Below, one piece after another: positions 10,831 to 22,801 of a DNA stretch of 64,000 nt. Location: positions 1-64,000 of the IMG/VR virus record IMGVR_UViG_3300009868_000001; one strand, given 5' to 3'. Source of the DNA: a virus. Lineage: Duplodnaviria > Caudoviricetes. Within the stretch, counting starts at the first letter, position 1. The number at the start of each line of letters is the position of its first letter. The position numbers and the translations under genes are program-made. Below the pieces are notes generated by a model. That model was not told the origin of the DNA and made no database searches. It saw only the letters and a program-made list of their open reading frames with translations.

Positions 10831-11784
10831 TTAGACGTAATTCATGTTACGGTCTCCGATTATAATAAATCGGTTGGTTGTCACTCCATTGTTATCAGAT
10901 GAATCGGAAAGCACAGTTGCATAAAGTCCAATAAATGAATCTAATGGATTGTTGCTAAACTTAATGTTAGGGTTAGCTCCTGGGTTATTGTTTCCAAATG
11001 CCACACTTTGTCCAGTTGTGGTATCTGGATAAAGATAAACGAACTTGGTGTTGCTGTTTGCAAAAGTCGTCCAGCTTTGAAATATTTGAGTTGTGCCTGA
11101 AAGAATCTTAGCCAGGAACAGGTTAAATTGTTGCCCCTTTTCAACCGGTGCAGTTCCATCAACCTTAACATAAAGCTTAATTCCATTTAAAGACCCGTTC
11201 CAGCTGCTTGTTCCTGGGTTATAGATTAAAAGCTCACCGTTTATAGTTAAGGTCAAAAATATGTTTCTACGACTTGCACTAGTCAGGTTAACTGTTCCTA
11301 CTGCCCAGCCTGAATCATAAGTCAGAGCAACTTGTGTCTCTTCATAATCTTCTGCTTGAGAAAACACAAAGCTTGATGATTTACTAAAAGTGGCATCATC
11401 AGACACGGTCAAAGTCTGAGTAGAAGATGCTCCGGTGACAGTAAGAGCAGCTGAAGTTAACGATGTATCAGCAACAAGCTTGTCAACGTTCATTAAAGAT
11501 TCATTAGAACCATCGATTATGACGCTGAACAGAGTCTGAGAAGGTCCTGTCTTTGTAAAAAGAACTGTCCCGTTTTCGACTATTAAATTTTTTACCCTTA
11601 TTGTGTTAACTGGCGTGTCGACTCCTATTTTACCAGCGGCGATGTCTATCTCAAACCCGTTTAAAAGAGCCTCTATTTGATCTTTTACTAGGGCGAAGTT
11701 TGCGTTTGATTTGGTTGCAACCTCAGGATAAAAATCCGTGTCTAAAATTTCGTCAATTGGTATCTCGACCGTATTAAATGCCAT
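10831..11784 (-). CDS. Putative tail fibre/spike-like structural protein
   Basis: 317 aa, T/S/G-rich beta composition; late promoter ATAAATAA just upstream. Confidence 0.45.
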   Translation of the reverse strand: MAFNTVEIPIDEILDTDFYPEVATKSNANFALVKDQIEALLNGFEIDIAAGKIGVDTPVNTIRVKNLIVENGTVLFTKTGPSQTLFSVIIDGSNESLMNVDKLVADTSLTSAALTVTGASSTQTLTVSDDATFSKSSSFVFSQAEDYEETQVALTYDSGWAVGTVNLTSASRRNIFLTLTINGELLIYNPGTSSWNGSLNGIKLYVKVDGTAPVEKGQQFNLFLAKILSGTTQIFQSWTTFANSNTKFVYLYPDTTTGQSVAFGNNNPGANPNIKFSNNPLDSFIGLYATVLSDSSDNNGVTTNRFIIIGDRNMNYV

Positions 11785-11815
11785 TACTGTATAGTTTTTT
11801 TTATTTATTGATAGG

Positions 11816-14800
11816 TTAAAGGTTCTTTAAAATCTTGACCTTTCTTTCATTTAACCTATTTTCAATAAATTCTATGTAATCTGATTTTTCAAGGACTTTA
11901 ACGACCGGATCGTAGTCCAATTCATGAATGTTTCCTTTATTGTCCTTAACTTCTGCCCTCAGATAAAAGTCTCCAGTTTCAGGAAACCTAAAAATAAAGA
12001 ACGGGCCACCTTTTATTGTTATAATGTCTGTAAAGGTTGAATCGGAATTCCTTTTTCTTAGATACCAAGTGGTCTCGGTCTTTCCCCATACTGAATTTAT
12101 AAGGAAAAATACACTTAGATATTTAGGGACGACTATTTGGTTGTCTGTTATCTTAACCTGAGACATGCTCAATGAGTTTTCATCGAACACAGATTTTAAA
12201 AAACCTGTCTGTTCTGTCTTATCTGCATTATATTTTAAGCTCTTCTTGTTTATCCAGTATTGTGGGTCTGACACTATTCCTGATATTATATCAGAAGTTG
12301 GTGCACTTAAGAAGAAGGTCTCTCTATCGATATTTGGAAACTTTTGGACCATTTTATCAATAAAAGTTTGGCTGTATGCCCACACAGGTTCAAAGAAAGT
12401 GTATTTACTAGTCCTATGACCTGGGCTACTTATTCCTGGGCTAGAAACCTGAGTCTGAGCGACTCCTGAAACTGAGCTAGAAGTGTCTCCTGACTTTGAA
12501 ATTATGACAACATGGTGAAGTTGCTTGCTATGATATTTTGCCTGAGCATGTATATTGTTTTTCTCAATCCAAAAATTGTATTGACTTAAAGCAGGATGAT
12601 CGGTCTGGTTTAAAATTTCAACAAGGTCAGAAAGCTTAGTGAAAGACGGAATAATGTATGGAACGTAACCGCCTATCTGAATGCTCGTACCTGGTTCGTA
12701 TCTTTCTAAGTAAAATCCATTTAAAAAGTCCCAACACCAGACATTTTGATATATCTTAGTATGAAACATGTCCTTAATCTGAACACCGTCTAGGTCCCTT
12801 AATCTCATTCCAGGTTGTCCCTCGGCAACACCCCACCATCTTTTGTATTTACTATCAAGTGTTACATCATCATACGCCTTAAAAGTGGCAGTGTCATCAT
12901 CCAATATCTCAATATTAAACATGTTTCTTCCAATACCAAACTGATTAATATATTCCCACATGTTAAACAGGTTAGAACTCATGTCAATTGAATTAAAAGA
13001 ATCCTCATTATTGGTTATGTTTGCATTTGCATCATACACATAAGAACCTGCCAGATCCTTTACTTGAAGATTATATAAATCCTTTAGTCTATAATTAAAC
13101 TTATCATTTACACGAGTAACTGCAACTATATAAGGCTTAGTAGGATCCACTGTGACTCGAAGATAATGTGGTGACATACCGCCAAAATGGTCATGGACCT
13201 TAGCTTCAACTAAATATGTTCCATGGTACGGAAGTATATGTGGAAGCCTGTATAAGTATTTTGCAATACCTCTATAATTGAAATAATAAGGATTTGGGCC
13301 TGGTTTTGTTATCGTCCATTCAACCTCATGTAAGTTTACAAGTCTACCGTCTTCTATTGTCATGTTTTCAGGAACAAGTTCCTCGACTGTGATTCCAGTA
13401 AGGTCTGAAAGCCTTAACTCTGGAACATCAAGTTCTAAAACAATAGGACAGCCAATTGGACCAACATGATCGTCTGAAAACTGCCATTCAGGTCTCCTAC
13501 CATGATTTGAAAATGCATTGTCTATAAGTGACTCATAAAAAGAAGAATACAAATTACATATCGCATCTATTTGAAACAACGGATACTTTTGGCTAAATTC
13601 ATATGGACTTGAGTTTCCTTCGGTGTTATATGAAAGCCAAGGAAACTGGTTAGCCTCACTGTTTTTATAAAGGGTCTTTACGTCCTCAATCCGTAAGTCG
13701 ATTGAGTCTGTATTAGGAACACTGACCTTTAGGTCAAACCTATTATTGATTGGAACTTCATAGACCAGCGTTTGATCCGTCCAATACTTGATAGGTATCC
13801 TTTCAAAATAAACAAACTCTCCTATGACGTCCTTTATCACGACATTTACAGGTAGAAACTCGTTTTTAAGCTTATCTGATAGTCTATTTAGCTTATAAAA
13901 TATCTCGTCTACCTCAAATTCAGTGGTCTCCTCTACTTCAGGGAGACCCTCAGCATCGTAGTTTCCATTTGGCTTAGTAAATTCATAAACAAGTGCAAGA
14001 AAGGCCGTCTTTTTAAACTGTTGGCTGTCCTTGATGTCCTTATCAAGTGTTATTAGATTTAAAGAATCAATCTTTCCATCGTCTAGAAGGTCTGTTATGT
14101 CAACCATTGCAGTCTTATTGAAATATGGAGAGTTAGTATTAATGTTCTTCCAATATTCCTTGACCTTTAAAACATCTTTATACCCTAAAAGGTTTATAAT
14201 GTTTACAAGACCCTTGTAAGTTCCTACATATGGAAACACTTGGTCTCGGTTGACTAATATTTCTTTCCTTGCTTGATTTATCTCCTTCCAATCAGGAAGG
14301 CCTTCCTTTAAATCATAATCTTTAAGTATTAACGCATCTTCTTGGTTGAACTTTATGCCAAAGTTTTGTAACCATACCCTAAACCTTTCGTCCTCTGCCG
14401 TCCCTTCACCATAAATTTCCATTTCCATGATAAGAAAACCGTCACCAACTATTGAACCATCGTTATAAAACATTTGAATGGTCCTAGTGTATGCAATTTC
14501 TTCGGTAGGATTAAACGCAATGTTTATTTGTAAAGGATAACTTAAGTCAATGACAGAGTCATAATCAAAATCAGAAAAGTTTATGACAACTGATTCCTGT
14601 TTAGCAATAAACGGCATATCATCGTTTTCCGGATCTGTCTGGACAGTATACAGAAAAAGGTTTTCTGAATTGTCGATTGTCTTCCATTTAAAGATTATGA
14701 AACCTCCAGTACTTAGGGTAGGAAACTTATAAGTAGAAGATACGTTTTCTAATACAAATATGTTTACTGTATCAAATAGGTTTATTGAAGTCTGAGTCAG

Positions 14801-14932
14801 GTAGTTTTTACCTGTCCAAACGCCGTCCGGCCAGATTAATGGAGCAGAGACTGAGCTGGTCATCGTAGTGTCTAACTTAAAGTTATACGACTCTCCTAGC
14901 TTGTCAAAAAACATCAGATTCAGTGGTAACAT
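11816..14932 (-). CDS. Putative baseplate wedge-like protein
   Basis: 1038 aa; YVGTYKGLVNIINLLGY resembles the wedge/gpI-type motif; PKD/Ig-like segments (GTYLVEAKVHD, GDFYLRAEVKD); late promoter upstream. Confidence 0.45.
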   Translation of the reverse strand: MLPLNLMFFDKLGESYNFKLDTTMTSSVSAPLIWPDGVWTGKNYLTQTSINLFDTVNIFVLENVSSTYKFPTLSTGGFIIFKWKTIDNSENLFLYTVQTDPENDDMPFIAKQESVVINFSDFDYDSVIDLSYPLQINIAFNPTEEIAYTRTIQMFYNDGSIVGDGFLIMEMEIYGEGTAEDERFRVWLQNFGIKFNQEDALILKDYDLKEGLPDWKEINQARKEILVNRDQVFPYVGTYKGLVNIINLLGYKDVLKVKEYWKNINTNSPYFNKTAMVDITDLLDDGKIDSLNLITLDKDIKDSQQFKKTAFLALVYEFTKPNGNYDAEGLPEVEETTEFEVDEIFYKLNRLSDKLKNEFLPVNVVIKDVIGEFVYFERIPIKYWTDQTLVYEVPINNRFDLKVSVPNTDSIDLRIEDVKTLYKNSEANQFPWLSYNTEGNSSPYEFSQKYPLFQIDAICNLYSSFYESLIDNAFSNHGRRPEWQFSDDHVGPIGCPIVLELDVPELRLSDLTGITVEELVPENMTIEDGRLVNLHEVEWTITKPGPNPYYFNYRGIAKYLYRLPHILPYHGTYLVEAKVHDHFGGMSPHYLRVTVDPTKPYIVAVTRVNDKFNYRLKDLYNLQVKDLAGSYVYDANANITNNEDSFNSIDMSSNLFNMWEYINQFGIGRNMFNIEILDDDTATFKAYDDVTLDSKYKRWWGVAEGQPGMRLRDLDGVQIKDMFHTKIYQNVWCWDFLNGFYLERYEPGTSIQIGGYVPYIIPSFTKLSDLVEILNQTDHPALSQYNFWIEKNNIHAQAKYHSKQLHHVVIISKSGDTSSSVSGVAQTQVSSPGISSPGHRTSKYTFFEPVWAYSQTFIDKMVQKFPNIDRETFFLSAPTSDIISGIVSDPQYWINKKSLKYNADKTEQTGFLKSVFDENSLSMSQVKITDNQIVVPKYLSVFFLINSVWGKTETTWYLRKRNSDSTFTDIITIKGGPFFIFRFPETGDFYLRAEVKDNKGNIHELDYDPVVKVLEKSDYIEFIENRLNERKVKILKNL

Positions 14933-14972
14933 TCGACTGTCTTTTTCTTATTTATCAAAAATGAAAGTTTCC

Positions 14973-15419
14973 CTATATAGAATAGATCTCGCTCTCACCT
15001 CCATGGCTAAGAGATATTATTTCAATCCTCTCAGTCTTATCCACACCAGTCTTATGGTGAATCCTTTTGTATTCCTTGGCGTAACCATTTTTAGCAATCT
15101 GTGTAAAATATGAGAATGCGTTATTAGAACGCGTCTCATCAAAGTTTTGCCAGTATTTTACCAAGTCAAAAAGCGCCGATTGAATAAGGTCTTCTTTGTC
15201 TAATGGGTTTGAAAACTTGAGTTTAAGGATGGCTCTATTTACAAGTATCATAAAGAACTCAACTGCCTTAGGCGACAGTTCACCTTTTTTGTGTTGGTAA
15301 CCGGTCTCTTCGTTTAAAAGTCCATACTTGCATCTCAAGATCTCCTGCGTAAACTGTTTGTTGTTAATGTAATGTACTGTGTTCTTAGTCGAAACCCTTT
15401 TCTTTACTTTCTCTTTCAT
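14973..15419 (-). CDS. 55: Late-transcription sigma factor, T4 gp55-like
   Basis: HYINNKQF N-terminal motif and NFDETRSNNAFSYFTQIAKN signature of gp55. Confidence 0.9.
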   Translation of the reverse strand: MKEKVKKRVSTKNTVHYINNKQFTQEILRCKYGLLNEETGYQHKKGELSPKAVEFFMILVNRAILKLKFSNPLDKEDLIQSALFDLVKYWQNFDETRSNNAFSYFTQIAKNGYAKEYKRIHHKTGVDKTERIEIISLSHGGESEIYSI

Positions 15420-15428
15420 TTCCTCATT

Positions 15429-16097
15429 TTATTTTAAAAGGACCTCGTGTACTTTTAATACAGGAAGATAAGAATCGACCATATCCATAAATGGAGAGTC
15501 AACTTTGTCCTTTATTATGATGTCTGAGGAATAATCTTTTAATAGTTTAAATAGACCGGTTTCCCTGACCTCTTGGATCTTAGGGTCGGCCTTAAATTGA
15601 TTTAGAACAGTTAGCTTGTCTGCATTTCCTTTACAACCTAAACAGTTCTTTAGCTCTCCAGGTGAAAACACAAATAAGCCTTGTCTATTTCCCTTAAGTA
15701 AGGCATCAAGCAAGTCTTTCTTAAGGATTCCAGTTCCCTGTGCTATATCGACTAATGAATTACCAGAAGACCCATATGAAAAACCTTCAAAAGCAACGAC
15801 AATTGGTTGGTTCCAGTCTATTCTTTTTATGAGCCATTCTTTTATATGACCTGAAAGCTTGACCATATTTTCAAGCTTCTTGCTTTCGGTCGAAGAGTAA
15901 GTGTTTCCTTTGACGTCTTTTTCTCCTAATTCAAGAAAGGAGACTCCTTCGTAAGCTAACTGAAGGTCTTCAAGTAGCTTAGATTTCTTTTTGGTATTTT
16001 TAGTGTTACACACTCCTAACCATTCAAATGACTTAAAGTCATATGAAATACATACACCTGGGTGGTTTATTGAAAAGTCTATACCGATGATTATCAA
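15429..16097 (-). CDS. RuvC-like Holliday junction resolvase
   Basis: IIGIDFS, VAFEGFSYGS, GKGNADK-like and DMVDSY acidic motifs of the RNase H/RuvC fold; TTG start. Confidence 0.8.
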   Translation of the reverse strand: MIIIGIDFSINHPGVCISYDFKSFEWLGVCNTKNTKKKSKLLEDLQLAYEGVSFLELGEKDVKGNTYSSTESKKLENMVKLSGHIKEWLIKRIDWNQPIVVAFEGFSYGSSGNSLVDIAQGTGILKKDLLDALLKGNRQGLFVFSPGELKNCLGCKGNADKLTVLNQFKADPKIQEVRETGLFKLLKDYSSDIIIKDKVDSPFMDMVDSYLPVLKVHEVLLK

Positions 16098-16122
16098 AGT
16101 TCATTTGGTCAATTTGAAATTA

Positions 16123-16150
16123 GTTCTACTTACATTTTCTTCAGCGGTTT
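16123..16150 (-). promoter_or_regulatory. Early/middle promoter AAACC-N16-GTAGAAC driving resolvase and gp55
   Basis: Reverse-strand match to the motif found upstream of the plus-strand operons. Confidence 0.65.
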
Positions 16151-16190
16151 TTAAAACCAATGATTTTTTGTTAGTAAAACATGGGTGGTT

Positions 16191-16290
16191 GGGCGGGTTA
16201 AGAAAACTTAAGTATACTAAGATCCTTAGCCTACTTATTTATTCTTATTCTATCTTATTTAGTCTTAAGATCGCGCCCGCCCGTCACGCG
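16191..16290. repeat. Origin-like element: GGGCGGG/CCCGCCC inverted repeat enclosing ~10-bp-phased CTTA(TT) repeats
   Basis: GGGCGGG 16191-16197 and CCCGCCC 16276-16282; CTTATT at 16234, 16244, 16254; CTTA at 16207, 16225, 16264; lies in a divergent intergenic region. Confidence 0.55.
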
Positions 16291-16308
16291 GAAAAATGAA
16301 TTTTTCAA

Positions 16309-16335
16309 GAACCGTTTCACCTTTGGGTGTATAAT
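16309..16335 (+). promoter_or_regulatory. Early/middle promoter GAACC-N15-GTATAAT
   Basis: Shared motif, 18 nt upstream of the exonuclease start. Confidence 0.6.
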
Positions 16336-16353
16336 TTATAGACAAACATAAAT

Positions 16354-17093
16354 ATGTATACAGAAGAACAACTTTCAAACCTTCTATTATTTGACATTGA
16401 GACGGCTTCACAGACTTCATCAGTCGACCAACTTTCCCCCCGAATGCAGGAACTCTGGCATAAACGCACAGAATATCTAAGAAACATGGACAAGCACCCA
16501 GAGAATAAGACTATGTCTGATAACGACCTCTATCTTCATAAGGCTGCACTTCAAGCTGAGTTCGGTAGGGTGGTATGCGTAAGTTTAGGTATGATCAGGT
16601 TTTCTCAAGATGGAGTCCCTTACTTTGTCTTAAAGACTATTGTTGGTGAGGATGAAAAGGACGTATTAGTTAAGACCTTTAATGTCATAAACGGGGCAAA
16701 CAAAGATAATAAGCTGCTTAAACTGTGTGGGCATAACGTGAAACGGTTTGACATACCTTTCTTAGGAAAAAGGTCCCTAATAACGGGACTCAATACTCCT
16801 AAAATCTTAAACACTGTCGATAAAAAACCATGGGAGATTCAAGTGGTCGACACTACTGAGATATGGTCTCATGGTGCGTGGCAAGAGAGCTTTACTCCGC
16901 TTGATTTAATTGCAGCATGCCTTGACATCGATTCACCTAAGGACGAGATGGATGGTTCAAAGGTCACTCAATACTTTTGGGAAGGTCGTCTGGAAGAAAT
17001 AAAGAAATACTGCGGAAAGGACGTAGTGACTCTTGCTCATATTTTACTGGCCCTTTCGAAGAAACCTAAACTAAAAGAAATAATCCAAAAATA

Positions 17094-17094
<1 letters not shown>
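16354..17094 (+). CDS. Stand-alone PolB-related DEDD 3'-5' exonuclease
   Basis: ExoI FDIET, ExoII GHNVKRFDIPFL, ExoIII YCGKDV; KKPWE motif typical of this family. Confidence 0.85.
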
Positions 17095-19089
<1,995 letters not shown>

Positions 19090-19110
19090 AACTAACGTTC
19101 ATATATGGGT

Positions 19111-19145
19111 ATGGGCTTGTCTTAACGGACGGCCCATTTCTTTTT
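19111..19145 (+). terminator. Rho-independent terminator after groEL
   Basis: Hairpin ATGGGC...GCCCAT followed by TTCTTTTT. Confidence 0.65.
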
Positions 19146-19163
19146 ATGTCGGTAAATAATTTT

Positions 19164-22100
19164 ATGCCAGACAATAACATAAACGAGCTTTTAGAAAAGA
19201 TACGATGTGATCTTCGTGAGTCTCAGGCCTTTACTGATGAGGAACTTGAGGTGCTAGACTCATGTTTAGAACCACTCGATCCATCTAGGGACATAGAATC
19301 AGACCAATTGACCGATAGTATGTTGGACGACATCCTTAAAAACAATAAGGAAGCCGGTGAGGATGCTGCAAATGAACTTCTTCAATGTGTTTCTCAGTTA
19401 CAGGAGGTCGCTGATTCTGTGAAGGAAAAAGCAAAGGACGCAAATAAGGCAGCGACCATACGAGCTAAGGTCGAAGAAGTCTATTTAAACCTTCTTCCGA
19501 TTCTTGCGTTTTATGAAGCTAGAAATGACAGGTTTAATGAACTTATTTCAGGTTATCAAAAAATTACATCTCCTAATGAAGCTGTTGATTTTTTAGAATC
19601 TGCTAAAAAAACAGTATCAGACTTTAATGGAAACATTGAAGATGCCTTAAAGTTCGCCATAAACCAATACACGTCTAAAGAAATAGTCTCTTTTTCCTTT
19701 GGAGCAAGCACAATAAGTGTTCCTTCGCTGCTTTTTACAACAGTTGTCAGCTATGAACCAGATGGTGAAGGTCAAAAGGAGGTTACCGAAATAGTCCAAA
19801 TACTTGGAAATAAGGACTTAAGCCAAAACCTATTTACTCCTCTAGTCTCCGTTCCAATATTTTTTACGGAACTTCCTATGAATCCCGACGACATTAAGGA
19901 TTTTTATGACAAAAATATTTCAGAATCATATCTATATAGAAGAGGTTCAGGATATCGTGGTTTCTTTTGGAAGATGATGGATCCTCTCAATAGATTTTTT
20001 ACATTAGATGAAAGGGGCCTTACTATTGATCAGAGGTTAATAGACCCTCAACTTAAGGACTCATCGACTAAGTCCGTTAAGGAAGGTGATGCTGAGTTCT
20101 TTATAAATGACTTGGAAAAGTTTCAAGAGTTCTATAAGGATGCTGTGAAACAGATTCGTGATAGGATCTCAAAGGACTTAAATGAAACCCTTCCAAATGA
20201 AGCCAAGTTTACAATAGATTCTATTAAAAACTTAGGAAGGTTGGCAGCAGACATAGTTGTGTTTGAGACTCCAAACGTCTCACCTTCTTCTGTGTTAAGC
20301 GATGGAGTATCAGGTTCAAGTTATTTGACTCAAAAACAGCAATACCAAGAGCTTAAAGACAGAGTCGATTTATTTAAACAAAACATAGATGCTCTTAAGA
20401 AAAAAGAGAATGATGTCGTTGACCAGGAGGCCTTTAAGAAGGCGATGTCAGCGGTTAAGTGTTTTCCTATACAGACCGATGACAGTGATGATAAGGGGTG
20501 CAACGTGCGTCAGTTTTTAGGTAAAGACCCATTAGGTATTCGTACAGTTTCTGGGACAGAGTCAGGTTTTCCTGATATAACCACATTTTGTTACTGGTTA
20601 GAATTTGCAAAGATAGCGACTCTTGTAAACCTTATGCCAATACCTGATCTTTCCGGTACTCCAGGTAGGATACCAGGTCTAACCTTTAGGTATTGGCCAA
20701 TAGGACTTCAGATACCTACACCAGGTCCACCAATAAAGATTCCGCTTCCTCAGATTTGGCTTCCTTTAATGGTCATATCTACTCCGTTTGGCATCTTCGT
20801 CATATTATTAGCAATCTGTGGGATAGTGCCTTCACCGTTTCTTCTTTTTATAAGTCCAACTGGCGGAAAGGTATTTCTTGTTTCTTTTAAGGGTATCTCT
20901 CTTCAAGAAATGGGATTTAAAGTAAAAGACACTAAAAACCCATTAGGAATAGAACCTGATGGAATGTCTGGAAACCCAGTTAAAGGAGCGTTTCAAGTCC
21001 CACTAGCTGCTTTAGCTGCAGCCGACAAAGCAACACGAATTGCTAAAGAACTTGCAAGAAAGGCTGCAAACTTACCACAACAAGTTGTCATGCCAAACGG
21101 TTCAGCCGTTCCGTTTAACCAAGGAGAGTCTGCACCTCCTCAGTATGGTTATTATGAGGTGATGCAACAAGGAGTTGATAAGACTAAAGAGTTTGAAGAC
21201 TTTATAACTGGGACGCGAGTCAAAATAATGAAACAGATTGACGAGATAGGTGATATTGAAACCAAAAACGTCTCAAAGATTCAACAAAAGATTAAACAGG
21301 GAAAAAAGTATACACCGTCTCAAATTGCACAGGCAATATCTAAAGATGCGCAAGGTGCAATAGGAAAGCTAAAATTAGGTTCTATCACTTATCCTAAGGA
21401 CACAGGTAAATTAATGATGCAACCGACTGCCCTTCAAAAAATGATAACCAATTTTAAAGGTGAATCGTCGGGTGGGTTTAAGGGAGTTCCTTCGGATTTC
21501 TTTGATATTAAGAAGCTTCTTTTGAAATACATCACTAGACTCAATGTAGACGCTGGAAATGAAAGGTTCAATTTAAAGAAAAAAGCAGACATCGATAAAT
21601 TTAGAAATAGACTTAAAAAATTAAACAAAAACGTTTTCGGTTCCCTTAAAGGTAGGGCAAACCTTTCACAGTTTGATGATTATAACAGTTCTGTCTCTGA
21701 GGCTGCTAGGGTTACTACCCTTCTTACTCTTACTTTAGGATTTGTTCAAGCTGCAGGTGCAATTCAATTGGCAAATCCTTTTAGAAGCTGTTGTTCTGCT
21801 AGCAAATCTGTTAAGGTTCCAACAATAATCTCTCCGACTGTTCTTTTGGCACTCATTGCGGCCGAGAAGATAATAGAGGCCGCAATAACAGCTTTGTCTG
21901 AACTTGATTTAGTTAGACTTGCAGGTGGAGCCAAACAAGTAGGAACAGAAGCTCTTAAGAATGTGTTTCAGCTTATATTAAAGTCGGTCCCATCTTTAAC
22001 TCTTCCTAAGACTTTGGACCTTTTTAACGTTGGAACCCTTCTTGCTTTTATTTCACCAATATTTGCATTCCTAAGTCTTCCACAGACTCCAATATTTGCG

Positions 22101-22754
22101 GTTCCAGGGATACCTACTCAGATTAACATAAATCTGGATAATATAGTAAAACCTCTGTTGTCTAAGGCAATTGGTTCAGCTTTAAATAGTGTCTCGCTCC
22201 TTCAGAATGCCCTTCCAATGAACTTAATTGATAGGATTGGAGAACTATCATCTGCAGATTTGAAGGCCCTATTGAAAAATCAAATAGATTCTGTGTTTAA
22301 CTCAGTGGTTGACCCAATAAAACCTCTTTTCAAGCTTGTCGATTCTATTCCATCTAAGAAAGGAGTGTCTAAGTCAATATTTGATGCTGCCATTCCTCCT
22401 TTAAATATTAAGGCAGAAATTAATGCTGCCATAAAAGCAGCAATACCTGCTTCTTCATTAATGATGATAATTGATATGAAGGCCCTGTCTGGGATAGTTA
22501 AAAACGTCCTTCCGACTCTTGAACCTATCTATAAGTTTCCATTGTCTTTTATAGTGGTATCAGGTGCATGTGCACTTCCTGCTCCTGCAGGTCCACTTGC
22601 GGCCAGGATGTTACACCCAGTTTTCAACCAAGACGACCTTCCACCTTGGGAAAGACTTTCAATATCTAACCCATTATTTGTCATATTCGTAGATGAGGTT
22701 ATCTCAAAGGCAGCAGATTCCACAGGAATTATTTTAGGAAGAGCAATTAGTTAA
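19164..22754 (+). CDS. Large late-expressed protein with hydrophobic/proline-rich segments (putative virion protein)
   Basis: Track ORF opens at 19038, but the likely start is ATG 19164 (MPDNNINE), after the terminator and a GTAAATAA late promoter at 19152-19159. Confidence 0.55.
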   Translation: MPDNNINELLEKIRCDLRESQAFTDEELEVLDSCLEPLDPSRDIESDQLTDSMLDDILKNNKEAGEDAANELLQCVSQLQEVADSVKEKAKDANKAATIRAKVEEVYLNLLPILAFYEARNDRFNELISGYQKITSPNEAVDFLESAKKTVSDFNGNIEDALKFAINQYTSKEIVSFSFGASTISVPSLLFTTVVSYEPDGEGQKEVTEIVQILGNKDLSQNLFTPLVSVPIFFTELPMNPDDIKDFYDKNISESYLYRRGSGYRGFFWKMMDPLNRFFTLDERGLTIDQRLIDPQLKDSSTKSVKEGDAEFFINDLEKFQEFYKDAVKQIRDRISKDLNETLPNEAKFTIDSIKNLGRLAADIVVFETPNVSPSSVLSDGVSGSSYLTQKQQYQELKDRVDLFKQNIDALKKKENDVVDQEAFKKAMSAVKCFPIQTDDSDDKGCNVRQFLGKDPLGIRTVSGTESGFPDITTFCYWLEFAKIATLVNLMPIPDLSGTPGRIPGLTFRYWPIGLQIPTPGPPIKIPLPQIWLPLMVISTPFGIFVILLAICGIVPSPFLLFISPTGGKVFLVSFKGISLQEMGFKVKDTKNPLGIEPDGMSGNPVKGAFQVPLAALAAADKATRIAKELARKAANLPQQVVMPNGSAVPFNQGESAPPQYGYYEVMQQGVDKTKEFEDFITGTRVKIMKQIDEIGDIETKNVSKIQQKIKQGKKYTPSQIAQAISKDAQGAIGKLKLGSITYPKDTGKLMMQPTALQKMITNFKGESSGGFKGVPSDFFDIKKLLLKYITRLNVDAGNERFNLKKKADIDKFRNRLKKLNKNVFGSLKGRANLSQFDDYNSSVSEAARVTTLLTLTLGFVQAAGAIQLANPFRSCCSASKSVKVPTIISPTVLLALIAAEKIIEAAITALSELDLVRLAGGAKQVGTEALKNVFQLILKSVPSLTLPKTLDLFNVGTLLAFISPIFAFLSLPQTPIFAVPGIPTQININLDNIVKPLLSKAIGSALNSVSLLQNALPMNLIDRIGELSSADLKALLKNQIDSVFNSVVDPIKPLFKLVDSIPSKKGVSKSIFDAAIPPLNIKAEINAAIKAAIPASSLMMIIDMKALSGIVKNVLPTLEPIYKFPLSFIVVSGACALPAPAGPLAARMLHPVFNQDDLPPWERLSISNPLFVIFVDEVISKAADSTGIILGRAIS

Positions 22755-22781
22755 AACCGAAGATTTTAAGTAACGTATAAT
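22754..22781 (+). promoter_or_regulatory. Early/middle promoter AAACC-N16-GTATAAT
   Basis: Exact consensus 20 nt upstream of the S1-like gene. Confidence 0.7.
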
Positions 22782-22801
22782 TTCTTGTTAAACATAAAAC
22801 A

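Noticed and set aside
15991-16299. 102-aa plus-strand ORF across the intergenic element
   Set aside because: Overlaps the resolvase antisense and spans promoters and the repeat element; low-complexity translation
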